Below, in pieces: positions 28,920 through 40,075 of a DNA stretch of 64,000 bases; the first letter of the stretch is position 1, and each line of letters starts with the position of its first letter. The stretch lies in NCBI GenBank assembly GCA_963765675.1, contig CAVXXK010000001.1, positions 1,408,001 to 1,472,000 of the forward strand, given 5' to 3'. Below the pieces are notes generated by a model, which had not been told where the DNA came from, did not search any database, and saw only the letters and a list, made by a program, of their open reading frames with translations. This DNA is from an uncultured delta proteobacterium. Lineage in GTDB: Bacteria > Desulfobacterota > Binatia > Binatales > Binataceae. The translations under genes were made by a program, and so were the position numbers.

Positions 28920-29525
28920 TTACGGCTGCCGATAGGGGACGGGATGCGCGGCTTCATATGCGGTGATCGCTTTTTCGTGCGCGAACGTGAGCGCGATATC
29001 ATCCAACCCCTCGAGCAGGCATTTCTTGACGAACGGGTCGATCTCGAAATGCGCGGTCCATCCGAAATCGTCGCTGACCGTCTGCGCCTCGAGATCGATA
29101 CTCAGATGATACCCCTCATACTTCGCGATTGCGCGAAAAATCTGGTCGATCTCCTCGGGCTTGAGCGTGACCGGAAGGAGCCCGTTCTTGAACGAGTTAT
29201 TGTGAAAAATGTCGGCGTACGATGATCCGATCACGGCGCGGAAACCCGCGTCGGCCAGCGCCCACACCGCATGCTCGCGCGACGAGCCATTGCCGAAGTT
29301 GGCGCGCGCCACCAGAATCGAGGCGCCTTCATAGCGCGGCTTGTTGAGCACGAAATCCGGATCGGGCGAGCCGTCGGGACGCCGGCGCCAGTCGAAAAAC
29401 AGCCCCTTCTTGAGCCCGCTTCTGACGACCGCTTTCAGGAACTGCTTGGGGATGATTTGGTCGGTATCGACGTTCGAGCGATCAAGCGGCGCGACCAATC
29501 CGGTGAAGTTTTTGAATTTCTGCAT
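28920..29525 (-). CDS. leuD: 3-isopropylmalate dehydratase small subunit
   Basis: [31 protein letters not shown] and GLDDI. Confidence 0.96.
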   Translation of the reverse strand: MQKFKNFTGLVAPLDRSNVDTDQIIPKQFLKAVVRSGLKKGLFFDWRRRPDGSPDPDFVLNKPRYEGASILVARANFGNGSSREHAVWALADAGFRAVIGSSYADIFHNNSFKNGLLPVTLKPEEIDQIFRAIAKYEGYHLSIDLEAQTVSDDFGWTAHFEIDPFVKKCLLEGLDDIALTFAHEKAITAYEAAHPVPYRQP

Positions 29526-29541
29526 GTTTCCTGCGCTCCGG

Positions 29542-30951
29542 TCAGGAGTTGTCCCAATCGCGGATATCGACGAAGTGGCCCGCGATCGCCGCCGCCGCCG
29601 CCATCTGCGGACTTACCAGATGCGTGCGTCCGCCCTTGCCTTGCCGTCCCTCGAAGTTGCGGTTGCTGGTGCTGGCGCATCGCTCGCCGGGCTTCAGGAT
29701 GTCGGGGTTCATGCCCAGGCACATCGAGCATCCCGCCTCGCGCCAATCGAAACCGGCCTCGCGGAAGATACGATCGAGTCCTTCCTTCTCCGCTTCAATT
29801 TTGATGTTCGCAGATCCGGGGACGACCATTGCCTGGACGGCCTTGCTGACGTGTTTGCCTTTTACGATTGCGGCGGCGGCGCGCAGATCGCTCAGGCGCG
29901 AGTTGGTGCACGAGCCGATAAACACGCGGTCGATCGCGATCTCCTCGATCGGCGTATTCGGGCGCAGTCCCATGTAATCGAGCGCGCGTTCGAGCGTGTC
30001 GCGATCGCCGGGGTTGGCGGCCTTGCGCGGATCGGGAACCTTGCCGGTGACGTCGGCGACCATCCCGGGATTAGTGCCCCAGGTGACTTGCGGCGCGAAC
30101 TCGGCGGCATTGAACACGATTGAGCGATCGAATTTTGCACCGTCGTCGGTGTGGAGCGTAAGCCACTTTTTCGCCATCGCGTCGAACTCGGCGCCGGTCG
30201 GCAGATACTTCCGGCCGCGCATGTAATCGACGGTCTTGTGGTCGGCCGCGATCATCCCGGCGCGCGCGCCCGCCTCGATCGACATGTTGCACACCGTCAT
30301 CCGCTCGTCCATCGAGAGCGCCTCGATCGCCGTGCCACGATACTCGACCGCGCAACCGGTCGCGCCGTCGGTGCCGATACGTCCGATGACGCCGAGAATC
30401 AGATCTTTCGCGGTCACGCCCGGACCGGCGGTTCCGTCGAGCCTGATTTCGAGCGTTTGGGGTTTTACCTGCCAGATGCACTGGGTTGCGAGCACGTGCT
30501 CGACTTCGCTGGTGCCGATTCCAAATGCGAGCGCGCCGAACGCGCCGTGAGTCGAGGTATGGCTGTCGCCGCAGACGATCGTCATGCCGGGCTGGGTGAG
30601 TCCCAGGTCGGGACCGATCACGTGGACGATGCCCTGATCGTTCGAGCCGAGATCGAAGAGCGTGACGTCGAAGTCGCGCGCATTCTTGCGCATCATCTCG
30701 ACTTGCGCGCGCGAATCGGGATCGGCGATCGGCTTGAGCTGGTCAATGGTTGGCACGTTGTGGTCGAGCGTCGCAAACGTGCGCCGCTTGTCGCGCACGG
30801 TGCGTCCCGCCACTCGGAGCGCCTCGAAGGCCTGCGGGGAGGTGACTTCATGGATGAGGTGCAAGTCGATAAACAGCAGCGCGGGCTTTCCCGGTTCATC
30901 GACTACCACGTGAGCGTTCCAGATCTTTTCAAAAAGCGTCTGCGGCGCCAT
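29542..30951 (-). CDS. leuC: 3-isopropylmalate dehydratase large subunit
   Basis: [38 protein letters not shown] and [12 protein letters not shown]. Confidence 0.97.
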   Translation of the reverse strand: MAPQTLFEKIWNAHVVVDEPGKPALLFIDLHLIHEVTSPQAFEALRVAGRTVRDKRRTFATLDHNVPTIDQLKPIADPDSRAQVEMMRKNARDFDVTLFDLGSNDQGIVHVIGPDLGLTQPGMTIVCGDSHTSTHGAFGALAFGIGTSEVEHVLATQCIWQVKPQTLEIRLDGTAGPGVTAKDLILGVIGRIGTDGATGCAVEYRGTAIEALSMDERMTVCNMSIEAGARAGMIAADHKTVDYMRGRKYLPTGAEFDAMAKKWLTLHTDDGAKFDRSIVFNAAEFAPQVTWGTNPGMVADVTGKVPDPRKAANPGDRDTLERALDYMGLRPNTPIEEIAIDRVFIGSCTNSRLSDLRAAAAIVKGKHVSKAVQAMVVPGSANIKIEAEKEGLDRIFREAGFDWREAGCSMCLGMNPDILKPGERCASTSNRNFEGRQGKGGRTHLVSPQMAAAAAIAGHFVDIRDWDNS

Positions 30952-31061
30952 CGAAGCGACCCTCCAAGCCATCGCGAACTTACTATTATCCTCGATCCGC
31001 CCACTCGGGCAAAGCCGCCAGCGACGTCATTAGTTGTGCGCGAATGAATTGCAGAGCGGCA

Positions 31062-31138
31062 TCCTCACCCGCGCGTCACGATGCTTGCGAAAAAGAATCG
31101 CAAGCATCGCGCCGCGCCGCCCGAGGGTGCTGCTCTGC
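31062..31138. repeat. Remnant of the CCCTCACCC-type element
   Basis: CCTCACCCGCGCGTCACG + hairpin + GAGGGTGCTGCTCTG, shared with 16583-16700. Confidence 0.6.
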
Positions 31139-31271
31139 GACTTTCGATCTGGTTGGTGCGCCAGCTTCTCCGGCGTAGAACGCGCTCGACCGCTCCTGAG
31201 CACTGTTCCGTGATTCGCATCCGCAAGCATGCTAGCAATCGGGATTCGCGCCGGCGATGCGGCGGATATTC

Positions 31272-32291
31272 ATGGTTAACACCGAGCTCAAGGCGCAACT
31301 CCGGCTCTCGATATCCGCGGGTCTTTCCTCTTGTTTTGTGTTTCTGCTCTACGAAGCAATCCAGGAATTCGCCACGCTTGATCCGCAGCATCAGCTTCGG
31401 CAGATCGCGGTGATCGCGCTTACCTCGATCGGGATGCTGGCGGTGATCGAACCGCTGCTCGAGCGCATGCAAATCACCGATGCCGGCGATTCGCACCGGA
31501 AGGGAAGAGGCCTTCTGATTCGAGTCTCCGCATTCGCCATTATCGCGGTCACGAGTCTGTTCCACGGCTTGCTGCATCACCTTCTCGGCGAAAGCCTGAG
31601 TGTAAAGGGATGGGCCGTTATCTGGGAGCTTGCCAGTATGGTCATCGGTCCGGGCGTGATCACTTTCGCCTGGATGCGCGGGTTGCGAACGAGTCCACCC
31701 AGGGCGAAAAGATTCGGGCTATCAGCCGGCATCATCGTCGGCGTCTTCTTGATCTCGGCGTCGATTCTTCAGGTCTATCTGCTGATCCCGTCGGCGGCAG
31801 GCTCGCCAACCGAGTGGGTCAGAATCTCGGCGGTATTGTCGCTGGCCGCGCTTTTTCTATGGCCGATTCTGACCACCTTCGCGATCAGCGGATACCTTGG
31901 CGGTCTATCCGCGGAGCGGCAATGGTTCGGGAAGCCGTGGGAAGAGATCGCGGTTGGTCTTGGAATTGCGGGCGCGGTCGGCGCCACATCTGAATTCCTG
32001 GCGGTCACGTTTTTGTCCGCATTCGCCAAAACGGGCGTGACGATGGGCCCGAGCTTTTGGTCGCTGCTCGCTTCATCGGAGATCGCGAACGCCGGCTGGG
32101 CCCTGGGACTCCTTTTTCACGCTGATTTCGTCGCGATGTTTCAGCCGGGGGCGCACGCCAGAGGGCCGGATCTGAGAATCGCCGTGTTGGCAGTTGCCGC
32201 GATGTTCGCGCTGGGGTTGCTGCTCTCGTACGGCAGCCTGAACCTTAGCTTTTTCCTGCTGAACGGTGCGCTGAAACGATCGGCCGCATGA
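31272..32291 (+). CDS. Hypothetical polytopic membrane protein
   Basis: About 9-10 hydrophobic segments; no family recognised. Confidence 0.6.
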   Translation: MVNTELKAQLRLSISAGLSSCFVFLLYEAIQEFATLDPQHQLRQIAVIALTSIGMLAVIEPLLERMQITDAGDSHRKGRGLLIRVSAFAIIAVTSLFHGLLHHLLGESLSVKGWAVIWELASMVIGPGVITFAWMRGLRTSPPRAKRFGLSAGIIVGVFLISASILQVYLLIPSAAGSPTEWVRISAVLSLAALFLWPILTTFAISGYLGGLSAERQWFGKPWEEIAVGLGIAGAVGATSEFLAVTFLSAFAKTGVTMGPSFWSLLASSEIANAGWALGLLFHADFVAMFQPGAHARGPDLRIAVLAVAAMFALGLLLSYGSLNLSFFLLNGALKRSAA

Positions 32292-32370
32292 TTGATCCGC
32301 GGACCTCATCGCCGACGCTCTCAAATATTGTTAATATCGAGTTTCCGATCGGATGGAGGAAGGTGGGGTG

Positions 32371-32556
32371 ATGAAAGCTGGCGAGCGCGAAGACGAACTT
32401 CAACGGGCGATCGGAACCGGGGACGCGGAGAGTTGCGCGCTCGAGCCGGGCGCGGTAGCGTGCGACGCATGCGGCGCCGCGATGAAGCCGATGGGGCACT
32501 GCAAGTACTGGTGCCTGCGCTGCGGATTCTTGCGCACCTGCAACGACACGATGTGA
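32371..32556 (+). CDS. Small Zn-finger-like protein
   Basis: CDACG..M...HCKYWCLRCG...C pattern; GGAGG upstream. Confidence 0.55.
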   Translation: MKAGEREDELQRAIGTGDAESCALEPGAVACDACGAAMKPMGHCKYWCLRCGFLRTCNDTM

Positions 32557-32584
32557 CCGCGCGCGTGTCCGCGTAACACAACAC

Positions 32585-34153
32585 TCAGAACATAAACGTG
32601 ATCGGCATCGCAATCGCCGCAATCCAGGCGAACCACGCCGATTCAACCAGCGCGATCACGAGCAGATTGTTCGATCGCGAGTAAGTCGAAACCGCGAAAA
32701 TCTCGAACGCGATAAACTGGAAGATCATGATCGACAAGGTCAGCATCAGCACACCGGGAAGAATCCGCAGCGAGACTCCGATGATCAGCATCACGACAAT
32801 AACCGCGCGCCCGATCACGCACGCCATAGTCGATTCGACCAGTCCTCCGCGGCGCAGCAGCCACTCGAAGGAAAAGAAGAACGGCAGCACAATCACGGTG
32901 CCCGCTATGGTCGCGAGCAGGCGCTCTGGCGTCGGCGCGAGCGTGTGAAACACCTCGCCAAACGGCATCTGCAGCACATAGATCGCGCCGAAAGCCAGAA
33001 ACGCGGCTAGCGCCGTGCGTCTGGCGCCTGCGGCGACTCCCAGCCAATCGATCATCGAGCGCGCGGCCATCAGCGCGAGCAGCGCTCCGCCCGCAATTCC
33101 CAGCCACGCGAACAGATCGTCGCCGACGATCAGCGAAACGAAATACGCCGGCTCACCGACCGCCATAAACGGCATCACGATCAGCAGTGCGATCGCGATC
33201 GCGGGCAAACTCAGCCACATGATCGAGCCGGAGGGGCGGCGAAGCATCTCGGGCGCGATCGCCCCGGCGATTTGGCCGATCCCAATCAGCACGATCAGGA
33301 ACGCGAGCATCCCGACCGCGGCAGCGCGCAGGCGCGCTGTCTCGAGACGATAGGGCGCGGTGCGTTGTGTGCCGAAAATACTATCGAGCCAGCCGAGAAT
33401 CGTGGCGGCGGCGGCAGTCGAGCGCGTGATCGTAATATGATTGGTGTCAGGAATCCGCACCGCTTCGAGCGCGGTACCGCTGGCGGCGTCGCCGTAGACC
33501 TTTCCCAGCTCGATCGTTACGGTACCAGCCAGAATTCCCGCGATCTGTTTGGAGCTGTCCTGAATGAACTCGGGATCGTTTTGCGCGAAGATGAATAGCG
33601 TGTTGCGCGGATGATCGGGGCCGTCGAGCCGAAAGCCGCCCGAGATCATTACTGAACCCTTGATATTCGGGTCGTGCGTCGCGTAGTCGAGTGCGGCGTT
33701 CGCGCCCATTGAATGACCGATCACGACGATCCGCGAACCATCGACGTAGCTCGAAGTGCGCAGAAAATTCACCGCCGTGGTCAGGTCCTGACGCAGGGTC
33801 TCCGAGCCGAAATTGCGCGCGAACGGATTGCGGTTATGGCCGTGTCCGCGCAAATCGATCGTCAAACAGGCGTATCCGTTTCGCGCGATCCGGCGCGCCA
33901 GCACGCTCATCAACGCGCGGTCCGAGGAAAATCCATGGACCAGCAACACCGCGGGGCGGCGTTTGTCGGGCGGCAGCGGCTGGAGCGCGAAAAATGGATT
34001 TCCGGAGCCGGGCAGATAGAGCGTGGCCGGAATTCCTCCGGTCAGCTCGAGGTCCATGTGCGGCGGGCCGCCCGTCTGCATCGACGCAAATCTCCACGCC
34101 TCGACCAGCAGGATCAGAAACGCGATCGCGCATACGACTTTTAAGATTCGCAT
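32585..34153 (-). CDS. Alpha/beta hydrolase fused to a C-terminal multi-TM domain
   Basis: VHGFS, DLRGHG and GHSMG nucleophile elbow; hydrophobic C-terminal half. Confidence 0.8.
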   Translation of the reverse strand: MRILKVVCAIAFLILLVEAWRFASMQTGGPPHMDLELTGGIPATLYLPGSGNPFFALQPLPPDKRRPAVLLVHGFSSDRALMSVLARRIARNGYACLTIDLRGHGHNRNPFARNFGSETLRQDLTTAVNFLRTSSYVDGSRIVVIGHSMGANAALDYATHDPNIKGSVMISGGFRLDGPDHPRNTLFIFAQNDPEFIQDSSKQIAGILAGTVTIELGKVYGDAASGTALEAVRIPDTNHITITRSTAAAATILGWLDSIFGTQRTAPYRLETARLRAAAVGMLAFLIVLIGIGQIAGAIAPEMLRRPSGSIMWLSLPAIAIALLIVMPFMAVGEPAYFVSLIVGDDLFAWLGIAGGALLALMAARSMIDWLGVAAGARRTALAAFLAFGAIYVLQMPFGEVFHTLAPTPERLLATIAGTVIVLPFFFSFEWLLRRGGLVESTMACVIGRAVIVVMLIIGVSLRILPGVLMLTLSIMIFQFIAFEIFAVSTYSRSNNLLVIALVESAWFAWIAAIAMPITFMF

Positions 34154-34215
34154 TGGGCGATAAAACGGCTTGGGGGCCGCTAAGTCAAGCTTCGCAATTG
34201 GTTCAGCGCGGACGA

Positions 34216-35499
34216 TTACTTGATCCGGCGCGTCGGTGCGGCGCGCTCTGCGTGTGCGAAGCCGCGCGTGATCGCGTCTTCGCCGAAGCGCGCGGCGACC
34301 GCGTCGAGCGCGCGATTGAGCCGCGCACGCCGGGCTGCGTTTACGCCCGACTCGTCGAAAAGTCCGAGCTGCGGTGCGGATGCGCCGGACTCGACGCTGC
34401 CGCGCTCGAGGTTATGCACCTGCACGCCGGCCAGCCGAATTCGATCGCGGGCAGGGACCTTCGCGAGCAATTCGATCGCGGCGTTCGTGATCGCGCCGCC
34501 GTCGTCGCTCGGATTCTCCAGCGTTACGCTGCGGGTCAGAATCGGATAGCGCCCCTGTCCGAGCGGCCGTGCGAGCTTGAGCTTCAGCACGACAGTGCGC
34601 GCGCGGACCGAGTCGGCGCGCAGCCGGCGGCCGATAGCCTCGCCGTGCGCGATCAAAATCCGGCGCAGGTCGTTGGACTTGAGTTCGAGGTCGCGCGCGA
34701 AAGTGTTTTCCTCGCCATAAGATTTACGCTGCCAGTCGGCGACCACCTCGCGCGGGTCGTTTCCGCTTGCCAGCTCATGCAGGCGCTGGCCCTGAGAGCC
34801 GAACGACTCGCGCAGTTCGGCCGCGTCGCGCCGAGCGAGGTCGCCGATCGTGCGGATGCCGCGCTCGTGCATGCGCGCAAGCGTGACGCGGCCGACTCCC
34901 CAAAGCCTCTCGACTGGCAGCGGTTCGAGGAACTCGCGCAGATACTCCGGACCCAGGATCAGCAGGCCGTCGGGTTTCGACATGTCGGAGAGAATCTTCG
35001 CGGCCATCTTGGTGCTGGCGACGCCGACCGAAACCACCAGCCCGGTTTCTTCACGCACGCGGCGCTTGAGCGCGCGGGCTACTTCGATTGGCGCTCCGAG
35101 CAGGCGCGCGGTCCCGGTCAGATCGATAAACGCCTCGTCGAGCGACAACGGCTCGACGATTGGGCTGGTCGCGTCGAACGCGCGGCGCACCATCCGCGAG
35201 ATCTCGATGTAACGCTTCATGCGCCCAGGGACGAACACCGCCTGCGGGCAGAGTTTGCGCGCCTGCGCCGTCGGCATCGCGGCGCGCACGCCGAACTTGC
35301 GCGCTTCATAAGATGCGGAGGTCACGACGCCGCGCGCGCTGTGTCCGCCGACGATTACCGGCAATCCGGCGAGCGCGGGATTATCGAGGATCTCGACCGA
35401 GGCGTAGAACGCGTCCATGTCGGCATGAGCGATCACGCGCGGCCACGGAGCGTCCGCACCGGAGATTTCGCTGCGCGGCGCCATCGCGCCCATTATCAT
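34216..35499 (-). CDS. dinB: DNA polymerase IV
   Basis: HADMDAFYASVE, SYEARKFGV, SLDEAFID and KPDG. Confidence 0.95.
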   Translation of the reverse strand: MIMGAMAPRSEISGADAPWPRVIAHADMDAFYASVEILDNPALAGLPVIVGGHSARGVVTSASYEARKFGVRAAMPTAQARKLCPQAVFVPGRMKRYIEISRMVRRAFDATSPIVEPLSLDEAFIDLTGTARLLGAPIEVARALKRRVREETGLVVSVGVASTKMAAKILSDMSKPDGLLILGPEYLREFLEPLPVERLWGVGRVTLARMHERGIRTIGDLARRDAAELRESFGSQGQRLHELASGNDPREVVADWQRKSYGEENTFARDLELKSNDLRRILIAHGEAIGRRLRADSVRARTVVLKLKLARPLGQGRYPILTRSVTLENPSDDGGAITNAAIELLAKVPARDRIRLAGVQVHNLERGSVESGASAPQLGLFDESGVNAARRARLNRALDAVAARFGEDAITRGFAHAERAAPTRRIK

Positions 35500-36932
35500 T
35501 GATTGCGCGCGAGCAGGTCGAGGATCGCGGCGGCCGCTTGTTCACCGCCGCGGACGCAATCCGGAATGCCGACGCCGCGATAGGCTGCGCCGGCGATAGC
35601 GAGGCGCGGAATCGCGGCGGCGGCGCGCTCGATTTCGGTAACGCGATCCAAATGACCGACCTCGTACTGCGGCATCGAGTCGGGCCATCGCCGCACGATG
35701 GCGAATGCTGGCGCGGCGGTCACCCCCAGCAGCTCGCGAAACTCGTCGCGCGCGGCCGCGATCATCGCGTCATCGTCAAGCTGCATCATCGCGGTCTGCA
35801 GTTGTCCGCCGATAAAGACGCGGGCGAGGATCATTCCCGCGGGTGCGCGATTCTCAAATTTCAGGCTGGTGAAGCTGCCGGCGATAATCCGGCGGCGCTC
35901 GATTATCGGCACGACGAAGCCGAAACTATTTGGTGGCGCGGGAAAGTCGCTCTCGCGAAACGCCATATTAACTGTGGCGGCGCTCGCGTAGCTGATCGCG
36001 CCGAGCAGATCGGCCAGGCGCGGGTCGGCGGCGCGGATCATCCGCGCGGCGGCGTAGGCGGGCGCGGCGCAGATCGCGGCATCGGCGGAAATCGGCTCGC
36101 CGCTCTCGGTGACGATCGTGCATCCGTCGGTGCGCGGCGCGATCTCCTTCACCTCGACGCCGAGTCTCACGCACTCGCCCAGGCTGGCGGCGAGGGCCTC
36201 GGGCAGCGCGCCGATCCCGTCGCGCAGCGTCGCGAACAGGGTCCATCGCGCACCGCTGGTGCCGAGCGCGCGAGCAAACGTGCCGACGGCCTTGGTGCGC
36301 TTGCGCTCCGCGATGCGCAATCCGCGAATCACGCTGCCGTAGCGCTGTTCCATTTCGACGAAGCGCGGGGTCGTCGCCGCGATACTCAAGCGCGAGGGAT
36401 CGGCGGTATAGATTCCGCCGGCGAGCGGCTGCGCGACGCGATCGAGCACCTCGCGTCCGAGCCGGCGGGTGACGAATGCTGCCAGACTTTCGTCGCGCCG
36501 GTCTTTTCGCTTTGGCACCAAGGGTTCGAGTGCGATTCGGAGTTTGGCTGCAGGCGAGAACAGCGCGCTCTTCATCACCGGACCAAGCCGCGACGGCGCC
36601 ATCAGCGAGAAGCCGTCGGGGATATCAATCAGGCGGCCGTCGTGAACCACCCGCGTGCGACGAAATTCCTCACGAGTAGGAATGAGCTCGTCGCCAAGGC
36701 CGAGGCGTCGCGCGAGCTCACCGGCCTGCGGTTTCTCGGTCAGGAAGGAATCCGCGCCGGTCTCGATCGTGAATCCGTCTCGGCGCACGGTGGCCAGCGG
36801 TCCGCCGATTTGCGCGGCGCGATCGAGCACGATCACTTCAAGAGGGAAATCGCGCTCGGCCGAGAGCTCACGCATCCGATGAGCCGCGGCAAGTCCGGTT
36901 ATTCCGGCGCCGATTACGACCACTCGATGCAT
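35496..36932 (-). CDS. hemY: HemY-type copro/protoporphyrinogen oxidase
   Basis: VIGAGITGL, ETGADSFL, PLAGGIY, MPQYEVGH and GVGIPDC. Confidence 0.9.
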   Translation of the reverse strand: MHRVVVIGAGITGLAAAHRMRELSAERDFPLEVIVLDRAAQIGGPLATVRRDGFTIETGADSFLTEKPQAGELARRLGLGDELIPTREEFRRTRVVHDGRLIDIPDGFSLMAPSRLGPVMKSALFSPAAKLRIALEPLVPKRKDRRDESLAAFVTRRLGREVLDRVAQPLAGGIYTADPSRLSIAATTPRFVEMEQRYGSVIRGLRIAERKRTKAVGTFARALGTSGARWTLFATLRDGIGALPEALAASLGECVRLGVEVKEIAPRTDGCTIVTESGEPISADAAICAAPAYAAARMIRAADPRLADLLGAISYASAATVNMAFRESDFPAPPNSFGFVVPIIERRRIIAGSFTSLKFENRAPAGMILARVFIGGQLQTAMMQLDDDAMIAAARDEFRELLGVTAAPAFAIVRRWPDSMPQYEVGHLDRVTEIERAAAAIPRLAIAGAAYRGVGIPDCVRGGEQAAAAILDLLARNQ

Positions 36933-36936
36933 GGTG

Positions 36937-37869
36937 TTATTCGATGCGCGCGTGACGGCGAACGATCTCGGCTATTATCGCGATAAACTCCGGATGGTCA
37001 CTGACCGTGCCTGTGCGATACATCCGAACGCCGGTCTCGTGCGCGATCGCGGCGGCTTCGATATCGAGGTCGTACAGCACCTCGACGTGGTCGCAGAGAA
37101 ATCCGATTGGGACGACGACGGCGATCGCGTCGCGGCCGAGCTTGCGCAGCGCTGCGCCGATATCGGGTTCGAGCCACGGATCGCGCGGGCTTCCGCTGCG
37201 GCTCTGAAAGGCGAGCGTCCAATTTTCAAATCCGAGTTTCGCTGCGACCAGGCGCGACGACTCGGTGAGTTGCTCGACGTACGGAGATGCCGCCGCCATC
37301 GCGACCGGGATGCTGTGGGCGGTAAAAATGAGCTGCGCGCGTGCGCGATCGGAGGCATCCAGATGCGCCAGCGTCTCGGTGACGCGGGCGGCGACCGCGG
37401 CGATAAATTTCGGATGCGCGAACCACGGCTCGGGGTAAATGATCTCGGGAGCGCGGCCGCTCAGTTTTCCGGCGGCCGCGCGAACAGTTTCCTGGTAGCG
37501 CTCGAAGCTGGCTTCGCTGCGATACGCCGCCATGATGAACGCGAGGACGCGTCGCGCGCCGCCGTGCGCGAGAGTCGCGAGTGCGTCGTCAACGTACGGT
37601 TGCCAGTTGCGCATCCCGACTGCGACAGGAATCCCGAGTCCGGTGCGCGCAAGCTCGGCGCGCAACGCGTCGGCCTGGCGCATCGTCAAATCGTTATACG
37701 GCGAGCGTCCGCCGAGCATCTCGTAGTGACGTACGACATCTTCGTAGCGCGCGCGCGGGACGGGCCGTCCGCGCAGTACGTTGTCCAGGAACGGACGGAT
37801 TTCCTCGGCGCGCGTTGGTCCGCCAAACCCGACGATCAAAACCGCGTCGACGCCGCGCGGCTCGCTCAC
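36937..37869 (-). CDS. hemH: Ferrochelatase
   Basis: GGRSP, FTAHSIP, FQSRSG.PRDPWLEPD and GFLCDHVEVLYDLD. Confidence 0.93.
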   Translation of the reverse strand: MSEPRGVDAVLIVGFGGPTRAEEIRPFLDNVLRGRPVPRARYEDVVRHYEMLGGRSPYNDLTMRQADALRAELARTGLGIPVAVGMRNWQPYVDDALATLAHGGARRVLAFIMAAYRSEASFERYQETVRAAAGKLSGRAPEIIYPEPWFAHPKFIAAVAARVTETLAHLDASDRARAQLIFTAHSIPVAMAAASPYVEQLTESSRLVAAKLGFENWTLAFQSRSGSPRDPWLEPDIGAALRKLGRDAIAVVVPIGFLCDHVEVLYDLDIEAAAIAHETGVRMYRTGTVSDHPEFIAIIAEIVRRHARIE

Positions 37870-39842
37870 TTATCTCTCCCACTGAGCTCGTGGACCGCGT
37901 CCACCAGTGCGATAACGTGATCGACCGGAGTGTCGGGCAGGATTCCATGGCCGAGATTGAAGATGTGCCCGGGGCGCCCGCCCGCGAGATCGAGGATCGC
38001 GCGCGCACGCGAGCGGATCTCCGGCACCGCGGCGAACAGCGCGATCGGATCGAGGTTTCCCTGGACGGCGACATCGTAGCCGAGCCGCTTCCACGCTTCA
38101 GCAAGATCGACGCGCCAATCCAGTCCTATAACGTCGCCGCCCGCCTCGCGCATCAGCTCGAGGAGATTTCCCGTGATCGTTCCGAAGTGGATAACGGGAA
38201 TTCCCGGCTTTACGCTGGCGATAATCGACGCGGTATGCGGCAGCACGAAGCGGCGGTAGTCGTCGGGGCCAAGGCTGCCGACCCAGCTATCGAAAAGCTG
38301 CACGATACTCGCGCCCGCGGCGACCTGCATATTCAGGTAGTCGATCGTGACGCGCGCGAGCAGATCCATCAGGCGATGCCACGTGTCCGGGTCGTTGTAC
38401 ATCAGGGTTTTAGTCGCCTGATATTGGCGCGACGTGCCGCCTTCGATCAGATAGGACGCGAGCGTGAATGGGGCGCCGGCGAATCCGATGATCGGAGTTT
38501 TCGCACCGATCGCGCGATCGACCAGTTTGATCGATTCCGCGACAAAACCGAGTGCGCTCGCGTCGAGGCGCGGCACGCGGTCGAGATCGGCTGCAGTGCG
38601 AATCGGACGGTCGATAATCGGACCGTCACCCTTCTCGTAATGCAGTCCCACGTCCATCGCAATGAGCGGCAGCAAAATATCCGCGAAGATAATCGCGGCG
38701 TCCACCCCGAGCCGCTCGACCGCCGTTACAGTGACTTCGGCGGCAAGCTGCGGGCGCATGCAAAGCTCCAGAAAATCATGCTGTTCGCGGACCTTGCGAT
38801 ACTCGGGCATATAGCGTCCGGCCTGGCGCAGCAGCCAGACGGGAGTGTAATCGGCAGCCTCGCGGCGGCATGCGCGCAGCATGGGATGATCCCAGTGCCG
38901 CAGATTCTGCGCATTCTCGTTGAGGCGCGAAGTTCTGGGCGCGATTGAAATTTTGGCGTGCGATGCCACGCGCCGCTTGTCCGCCACGATCGCGGATGCG
39001 CGCGCGACGGCGTCTTTCACCAGATGGCCGAGCCGCGGATGCTGGGGCTCGAAGTCCACCGCGATTCGGTGCGCGCGCAACTCTTCGCTGCAGACCGGGC
39101 CTATCGATCCGACCGCCATCGCTGCCAGTCCGCGCCGCACCTCGGCGTCGATTCCGTCCGCCTGCGCGACCTGCATCACGTTGATGACCTGATGCGAGCT
39201 GGTGAAGATCGCGGCGTCGGCGCGGCGCTCGGCGATCGCACGCAGCGCGGCCCGAAGCGGCTCGAGGTCGGTCGGCATCGTCCATCGATAAACCGGCACG
39301 ACGGCGACCTGCGCACCGCGCGCCTCGAGTCCCGCGATCAGATCGCTGTTGGAGACGCCGTATTCCTGCACCGCGACTCGCGCGCCGCGAAGGTCTCGAT
39401 ACGCGGCCAGCGCGGCTAGCAGCTCGCGCGAGGTATTGGGTTCGGGCGTGGTGACGGTAGGCTCGATTTCCAGATCGCGCAGCGCGCGGGCAGGTTTGGG
39501 TCCGCGAACCACAGTTACTATCCCGCGGAGTGCGGCGACCAACGCGGCGCGCGGATGACGCGATTCAATCACCTGGAAAAGCGCGCGCGTGCCGACACCG
39601 GTTAAGAAAATCGCAACGTCGATTTCGCCTCCGAGCAGGCGTTCGGCGAAATCGAACGCGGCGGGATTTTCGCCGAGCGGGACCTCGCGCATCGCCGGTG
39701 CGACAATCGCGACCGCGCCGCCGCGCGTGATAAGCGCGGCCGCCTCCGCCGCCATCCTGCTCTCGAACGCGACGATACGCACGGGCGGCACTTCGGCGGC
39801 AGGAGCGCGGTCAGCGGGATTCGGTTGCGTGGGAGATTCCAT
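37866..39842 (-). CDS. hemE: Uroporphyrinogen-III synthase (HemD)-uroporphyrinogen decarboxylase (HemE) fusion
   Basis: N-part FESR, FLTGVG, RGPKP, VYRW, FTSS and IGPV; C-part PVWLLRQAGRY, FADIL and FNLGHG in one ORF. Confidence 0.9.
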   Translation of the reverse strand: MESPTQPNPADRAPAAEVPPVRIVAFESRMAAEAAALITRGGAVAIVAPAMREVPLGENPAAFDFAERLLGGEIDVAIFLTGVGTRALFQVIESRHPRAALVAALRGIVTVVRGPKPARALRDLEIEPTVTTPEPNTSRELLAALAAYRDLRGARVAVQEYGVSNSDLIAGLEARGAQVAVVPVYRWTMPTDLEPLRAALRAIAERRADAAIFTSSHQVINVMQVAQADGIDAEVRRGLAAMAVGSIGPVCSEELRAHRIAVDFEPQHPRLGHLVKDAVARASAIVADKRRVASHAKISIAPRTSRLNENAQNLRHWDHPMLRACRREAADYTPVWLLRQAGRYMPEYRKVREQHDFLELCMRPQLAAEVTVTAVERLGVDAAIIFADILLPLIAMDVGLHYEKGDGPIIDRPIRTAADLDRVPRLDASALGFVAESIKLVDRAIGAKTPIIGFAGAPFTLASYLIEGGTSRQYQATKTLMYNDPDTWHRLMDLLARVTIDYLNMQVAAGASIVQLFDSWVGSLGPDDYRRFVLPHTASIIASVKPGIPVIHFGTITGNLLELMREAGGDVIGLDWRVDLAEAWKRLGYDVAVQGNLDPIALFAAVPEIRSRARAILDLAGGRPGHIFNLGHGILPDTPVDHVIALVDAVHELSGRDK

Positions 39843-40075
39843 CCATACCTGGCGCGGCGCAGCGCGACATGAGGTTATCTTGCCGCGCGCGCCGCGCCCA
39901 AGTCCACCGGACGTGGGAATGACGACGGCAGAACGCACGGCAGCAGTGATACAGTGCGTGACCCTCGCGGCGCTTTGCGCACGGCGGCGCGCGTGCTAGC
40001 AATCGCAAGTTGGGTCCGCGAGACCCTACTGTATCAGCCGCAAGTCGCGCCGCACGGCGCAGGGAGCATCTCACG

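Noticed and set aside
29270-29305. Leu[11 protein letters not shown] instead of NFGCGSSREH
   Set aside because: This position varies among LeuD proteins; no evidence of altered function
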